Source: Aureliella sp.
GTDB lineage: Bacteria; Planctomycetota; Planctomycetia; Pirellulales; Pirellulaceae
Assembly: GCA_963691875.1 (NCBI GenBank)
Contig: OY829846.1
Span: 3,744,001 to 3,808,000, forward strand
Length of the DNA stretch: 64,000 bases
Reading direction: 5' to 3'
This document shows, piece after piece, positions 59,053 to 64,000 of this stretch. Under the pieces are notes generated by a model that was not told the origin of the DNA, did no database searches, and worked only from the letters and a program-made list of their open reading frames with translations. Position 1 is the stretch's first letter; every line of letters starts with the position of its first letter. A program made the translations under genes and the position numbers.

Positions 59053-61401
59053 TCAGTAAATCAAATATTTCAATCTTCGAGCTTGAAACAAATGCAGTCC
59101 AGCGCGCGCGTTATCCATGAGGCTATCGAAGTGCACGCCGGACTTGAGCAAGTCCAGCATTTTCTGATTGCCAAGCAACCGCAAATAGCGGTCCACTTCC
59201 CAGTCATCAGGATAGAGCTTTCGCAAAGTCGTTGCGATGGCGAAGCCAGTTCGAAGTGGCTGTAACGCCTGCCGATCGGTGATCAAGATATTGATACCCT
59301 GGCATTTTTCCTCTACAAACACACTGGCCTCAGGAGTAAACATCCGCGGCACAAAACGAACTCCCGGCAGATTAAGGCCGTTGAGTTTACGACTTAGCTG
59401 CTGAGCATTGATCCAGGGTGCACCAAAGATCTCAAAAGGTGTATCAGTGCCACGCCCCACGGACAAGTTCGTTGTTTCGAGCAATCCGATGCCAGGATAG
59501 AGCAGAGCTTGATTGAGGTTTCGCATGTTGGGAGAGGGATTCACCCACAGCAATCTAGTCTCATCGTAGAGCTGTCCACGCATCCAGTTCTCCACGGGAA
59601 CCACAGTCAGCTTCAGCTCCTTCAGCCCACGCTCTTGCTGGAACATTTTGGCCAGCTCACCGACGGTCATGCCATGGCGAACCGGCAAAGAGTGAAAGCC
59701 CACGAAGGAAAATTTGTCTTCATCCATCATAGGACCGCTCACTACCTCGCCGCCAATGGGGTTGGGGCGGTCAAGCACGATGAATTCTTTGCCCGCCTTG
59801 GTAGCCGCCTCCATTGCCAGTCCCATGGTCGAAATGTACGTGTAGAAACGAGCGCCGATGTCTTGAATATCGAAGACAAGACAGTCAACTTGTTGCATCT
59901 GCTCTGGCGTTGGCTTGCGAGACTTGCCGTATAAGCTGAAGACCTTCAAGCCTGTTGCGTTTTCCTCCGAATCTCCGATCTCAGGAATATCCAGCTTGCC
60001 AGCTAAACCATGCTCGGGACTAAAAATTGCCGTCAAATTGACATTTGGTGCCTTGTGCAGCAAAGGCACGATCCACTGGCCTTGAGAATCAAGCGCCGTA
60101 TGATTTGTGATCAAGCCGACTCGCTGTCCTTTCAAAGCTGCGAAGTCGCTTTCTAGCAGGCCATCCAGTCCCGTTTTCACTGGCTTTCCCGCTTCGGCTG
60201 GCCCACCTTCGTCGTTAGGAAAAGAGTCAATGGCTGAGGCGACGACGCTACCTATTCGACCCGCCAAATGATTGACCGAGCCCTTGCCGTTAGGATGCAC
60301 TCTATTGCTCAAAAAAATATAGAACAGATCTAGTTCCGGATCGACCCACAAAACCGTTCCGGTGAATCCACCGTGGCCGAATGCGCTTTCGCTGAGCAAT
60401 TCTCCGCGATTGGACGAATAGCGTGTAGCCTTATCCCAGCCCAGCCCGCGAGTACCGCCGTTGACCGTGTAAGCCTTTGTCATCATTTGAACCGTGGCTT
60501 CGCTGAGAATGCGTTCCCCCTGGTACTTGCCACCGCCGATCATCATCTGCGCATAGACTGCCAAGTCTTCTGCCGTTGAGAATAAGCCTGCATGGCCCGC
60601 GATTCCGTCGAGCTCATAAGCTCGTGGATCGTGAACTTGCCCACGAATCCACTCACCGTCTCTTTGTTCGGTCACAGCACAGCGTGCTTGCAGGGACTCA
60701 GCCGGAACATAACCCGTTTCGGTCATGCCTAACGGACCGAAGACGTGCTCCTGCGAAAATTCGTGCACGTTCTTGCCACTGAGCTTCTCGACAAGATCTG
60801 CCAAGAGAAGGAAACCAACATCTGTGTACACAAACTTACTCCCGGGATCGACATAGGTCTCCAGGTTGTAGATTCGTTCGAAAGCTTTCTGCTTTCCGTC
60901 GTAGTAGTCCTTCAAGGCATTGTCAGGAATCAATCCTCCCTGGTGCGTTAGTAGTTGAAGTACGGTGATCTGATCTTTGCCATTTACTCCGAATTCCGGA
61001 ATGAGATCGGCAACTCGGTCTCGCAAGCGAATCTTGCCTTGCTCAAGCAGAACCATCACGCTGGTCGCCGTGGCAACGGGCTTGGTAATCGAAGCCATGT
61101 CAAATACGGTTTCAGTTTGCATCGGCTCAGGCTCGGGGAACAAGCGCCGATTGCCATAGGCCTTGAGCATCACGAGCTTACCGCGATGCCCGACGGCGAC
61201 GACACAACCAGGCATTTTCTTCGCGGCGATGCCTTCCGCGACAAGCTTATCGATTTCGGCCAGATGTTGGGAACTCATACCAACTTCTTCCGGCGCAGCT
61301 CGCGGCAGATGCTGTGCATGCCCCAAACTAGGCAGCCCCACCGTTGATGCGCAAAAGCCTATGGACAAGGAAACCAAAATGAAAAAACTCTTGAGGCTCA
61401 T
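59053..61401 (-). CDS. namZ: secreted fusion: beta-lactamase-family serine hydrolase (AmiE/NamA-like) + exo-beta-N-acetylmuramidase NamZ (DUF1343)
   Basis: SITK, YTD, GHGGFTG; then GLITNHT, FSPEHG, FDIQDIGARFYTYI, LDRPNP, RHGMT.GE, PSPNM, GRGTD.PFE. Confidence 0.88.
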   Translation of the reverse strand: MSLKSFFILVSLSIGFCASTVGLPSLGHAQHLPRAAPEEVGMSSQHLAEIDKLVAEGIAAKKMPGCVVAVGHRGKLVMLKAYGNRRLFPEPEPMQTETVFDMASITKPVATATSVMVLLEQGKIRLRDRVADLIPEFGVNGKDQITVLQLLTHQGGLIPDNALKDYYDGKQKAFERIYNLETYVDPGSKFVYTDVGFLLLADLVEKLSGKNVHEFSQEHVFGPLGMTETGYVPAESLQARCAVTEQRDGEWIRGQVHDPRAYELDGIAGHAGLFSTAEDLAVYAQMMIGGGKYQGERILSEATVQMMTKAYTVNGGTRGLGWDKATRYSSNRGELLSESAFGHGGFTGTVLWVDPELDLFYIFLSNRVHPNGKGSVNHLAGRIGSVVASAIDSFPNDEGGPAEAGKPVKTGLDGLLESDFAALKGQRVGLITNHTALDSQGQWIVPLLHKAPNVNLTAIFSPEHGLAGKLDIPEIGDSEENATGLKVFSLYGKSRKPTPEQMQQVDCLVFDIQDIGARFYTYISTMGLAMEAATKAGKEFIVLDRPNPIGGEVVSGPMMDEDKFSFVGFHSLPVRHGMTVGELAKMFQQERGLKELKLTVVPVENWMRGQLYDETRLLWVNPSPNMRNLNQALLYPGIGLLETTNLSVGRGTDTPFEIFGAPWINAQQLSRKLNGLNLPGVRFVPRMFTPEASVFVEEKCQGINILITDRQALQPLRTGFAIATTLRKLYPDDWEVDRYLRLLGNQKMLDLLKSGVHFDSLMDNARAGLHLFQARRLKYLIY

Positions 61402-62876
61402 GAGTGAGTCTTTGAAGGCAATAGGGAATTGAAGATTGAAGCGACGATGACCGTGCTGCTAGAGCCAATGAACGCATACCAAGGCCAAGCAATGTTGAGG
61501 TCGAAGATTGGTAAAAGCAGTTTAATTATGAGTAGCAAGCATGCAGAAAAAATTAGTCCTGCTATCGCACCGATTTCACCGCAGCGAGGGTTTAGTTTTG
61601 AGAGTGCAAACAACCCTAACAGCAAGCCGACGGTCATTCCCGCGATTCCCAGCACTTCATTGATGACACTTCTTGTCGCGAAGGACGCAAGATACGCTAT
61701 GATCATCTGAACGATGCCAAAACAAGCTGTCAGGATCCGACTCCACCGCAGAGATGAAGCTGCAGTTCGATCTTTTTGCGGAAACAGATCAGTCACGACG
61801 ACTGCCGCTGATGAGTTGAACGAGCTGGACAAAGTCGACATCGCAGCGGCAAAGACGCCGGCAAGCACAAAGCCGATGAGCCCTATGCCAGCTGGCAACT
61901 CATTCACAATGAAGTGTGGCAAGACACGATCGGTTTTCATTTCGGCTACGGCTCGACCTGCTTCTTCGAAGTACTGATAGAAGGCAGCTAGAGCAATTCC
62001 AAGAAACATAAAGAAAGCAAACTGCAAGGCGACGATAAAGCCGCTGGTAATTAAAGCCACCGAAGCATCACGTTGCGACTTGGCCGATAAATAACGCTGC
62101 ACCAACATCTGATCGACGCCATGTGTTCCAAGCGTCAAGAATACCCCACCCACCAGACCTGCCCACAAGGTATTTGCTTTGGTGTAGTCGAAGGCGAGAT
62201 CAAGGAGCTGAAAGCGACTGGTTTCCCTACCGAATTCAATCACGGATGCAAAACCACTTGGTAGCCTACCAGTAATGACAAGTAGAATCACGACTCCACC
62301 AGCCAGATAGACTAGAAGTTGCAAACAGTCATTCCAAATGACCGCTTTCATCCCGCCGACCAAGGTGTAAGCGATGGTTAAGATGCCAATCGCAACAATA
62401 CTCACACCCAGGGACATGTCGAACATGGTTTGCAGCACCAAAGCTGTAAGAAATAGTCGCAGTGCATCACCAAAATTTCTCGCTATCAGAAAAATGACAG
62501 AAGCCACCTGTTGTGTCACTTTGCCAAAACGTTGCTCAAGCAACTCGTAGGCGGAGAACACTTTGCCTTGAAAATAACCCGGCAGCAGTACCAGCGTCAC
62601 GAGGAATCGGCCAATGATGTAACCGATAGTGAGCTGCATGAAAGTCATGTTGCCGCCCTGGGCAAAGGTCCAGCCAGGGACGGAAAGAAAGGTGACGGTG
62701 CTGGTTTCCGTCGCAACGATCGAACCGAGGACTCCCCACCAAGGCAGATCGCGTCCACCGAGCAGATACGAATTCAGATCCTTCGAGCCCTTGCCCACCC
62801 AAAACCCCAGGGCAACAACCAGAGCCAGGTACGCGACAAATACCAACAGGTCGACAAGTTCGATCGGCACGTTCAA
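61398..62876 (-). CDS. sodium:solute symporter family protein
   Basis: YLLGGR.LPWW, SIVATETS, DQ..VQRYL, AAAMSTLSSS.NS; overlaps next gene start. Confidence 0.9.
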   Translation of the reverse strand: MNVPIELVDLLVFVAYLALVVALGFWVGKGSKDLNSYLLGGRDLPWWGVLGSIVATETSTVTFLSVPGWTFAQGGNMTFMQLTIGYIIGRFLVTLVLLPGYFQGKVFSAYELLEQRFGKVTQQVASVIFLIARNFGDALRLFLTALVLQTMFDMSLGVSIVAIGILTIAYTLVGGMKAVIWNDCLQLLVYLAGGVVILLVITGRLPSGFASVIEFGRETSRFQLLDLAFDYTKANTLWAGLVGGVFLTLGTHGVDQMLVQRYLSAKSQRDASVALITSGFIVALQFAFFMFLGIALAAFYQYFEEAGRAVAEMKTDRVLPHFIVNELPAGIGLIGFVLAGVFAAAMSTLSSSFNSSAAVVVTDLFPQKDRTAASSLRWSRILTACFGIVQMIIAYLASFATRSVINEVLGIAGMTVGLLLGLFALSKLNPRCGEIGAIAGLIFSACLLLIIKLLLPIFDLNIAWPWYAFIGSSSTVIVASIFNSLLPSKTHS

Positions 62877-63135
62877 AATGAGGCTCTGGAGAGAAGAAAA
62901 AATTGTTTAACGACCAGCCGCAGACTCCGTCTTGCTTTGGATGGATCGGATTTCGATTCAGTGACGGGCTGTAGCTGAGCTCGGCAGGCGCTTCGGCATT
63001 TTCCCGAAGACCGAACGACGCTCAGAAAACCAAGCCGAAAGCCTCCGCTTTTCGCTATCGGACTGCCCCTCCTCAGTTTAGCCGATCTCTAGCTCTAGTT
63101 TTGCATTCCCCACACGTACCGAATCGAGAATCTTC

Positions 63136-64000
63136 GTGAACCAGGTTCGCACAACCGAACAACGCAATCCAGCTTCGATGGAAATCGATCGACTATCAGC
63201 GATCGAGATTGCGCGATTGATGAACGAGGAAGACCAACATGTGCTGCATGCTGTTTCGGAAGTTCTCGAGCCCATTGCCCAGGCCGTGGAAGCGGTTGCA
63301 GATGCTTTCCGCCGAGACGGACGTTTGATTTATATTGGGGCAGGTACCTCTGGTCGTCTGGGAGTCCTTGATGCATCGGAATGCCCTCCGACTTTCAACT
63401 CGGATCCATCTCAAGTCGTCGGCTTGATCGCCGGTGGAACGCGGGCGCTGACCCGCGCAGTCGAGGGCGCTGAGGATTCGCGAGAGCAGGGGGCGGCTGA
63501 TCTTAGCGGGATCAATCTCCAACCCCATGACGTACTTGTCGGTATCGCGACCAGTGGACGAACACCTTATGTGCTGGGTGCGGTCGACTATGCTAAGTCT
63601 CTCGGCTGCACAACGGTTGGAGTCAGTTGCAATGCGGGGTGTGAGCTCGAATCTCGAGTCGAAATCCCTATCACCGCCGTCGTCGGACCAGAAATAGTCA
63701 GCGGATCCACTCGTCTGAAATCAGGCACCGTCACGAAACTGATACTCAATACCTTGACCACAGGCGCGATGATATTGGTGGGCAAAACCTATGGCAACTT
63801 GATGGTTGACTTGCGGGCGTCGAACACCAAGCTCGTGGATCGTACACAACGCATTGTATCGGAGCTCACTGGCCTGTCGAGCGAGGAGTCTATTGAGCTG
63901 TTGAAAACATGTGATGGCGAGCTCAAAACTGCAGTTGTCGTGCACTTGCGAGATTGCAAACCCAATCAGGCCCGCGGGCTCCTCGATGCGAGCGGTGGCC
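63136..64000 (+). CDS. murQ: N-acetylmuramic acid 6-phosphate etherase (3' truncated by window edge)
   Basis: Hand translation from GTG 63136: TEQRNPAS..ID...GRLIYIGAGTSGRLGVLDASECPPTF...GPEIVSGSTRLKSGT...NLMVD; absent from the ORF track because there is no stop in the window. Confidence 0.93.
   Translation, partial: MNQVRTTEQRNPASMEIDRLSAIEIARLMNEEDQHVLHAVSEVLEPIAQAVEAVADAFRRDGRLIYIGAGTSGRLGVLDASECPPTFNSDPSQVVGLIAGGTRALTRAVEGAEDSREQGAADLSGINLQPHDVLVGIATSGRTPYVLGAVDYAKSLGCTTVGVSCNAGCELESRVEIPITAVVGPEIVSGSTRLKSGTVTKLILNTLTTGAMILVGKTYGNLMVDLRASNTKLVDRTQRIVSELTGLSSEESIELLKTCDGELKTAVVVHLRDCKPNQARGLLDASGG

Overview
Planctomycete (Pirellulaceae-like) chromosome segment, judged from a PSD1/cytochrome-c + DUF1501 + sulfatase module and a planctomycete extracellular N-terminal motif. 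The first ~27.6 kb is an iron-themed accessory island: PepSY-TM, cupin, hemP, TPR, Kelch, a secreted vanadium-haloperoxidase-like protein, a secreted prenyltransferase-fold protein and an atypical bacterioferritin. Inside it is a divergently transcribed type IV filament system: four large pilins, a PilM/N-like fusion, PilO-like, PilT, PilB, PilC, a TMTC-like GT-C/TPR glycosyltransferase, PilP-like, a lipoprotein and a secretin with an FG/LG-repeat loop. A 19-bp Fur-like palindrome lies in the shared promoter of this system and recurs at the bacterioferritin and at a small unknown gene, suggesting an iron-regulated, glycosylated, retractile pilus (inference). The pilus module is flanked by a 684-bp near-perfect direct repeat and joined by a 6-bp microhomology junction, as if two alternative cassettes were captured in tandem between the Kelch and prenyltransferase genes. 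The rest is mostly ordinary: C25 peptidase, Wzc, DusB, MFS/spermidine synthase, ZIP, AGE epimerase, LarA-family, Zn protease, AlkA-like, OPT, PLP dehydratase, MacAB-like ABC exporter, and a peptidoglycan-recycling cluster (serine hydrolase-NamZ fusion, SSS transporter, murQ). No tRNA, rRNA, CRISPR, transposase or integrase was seen. All assignments and counts are by-eye; no searches were run.
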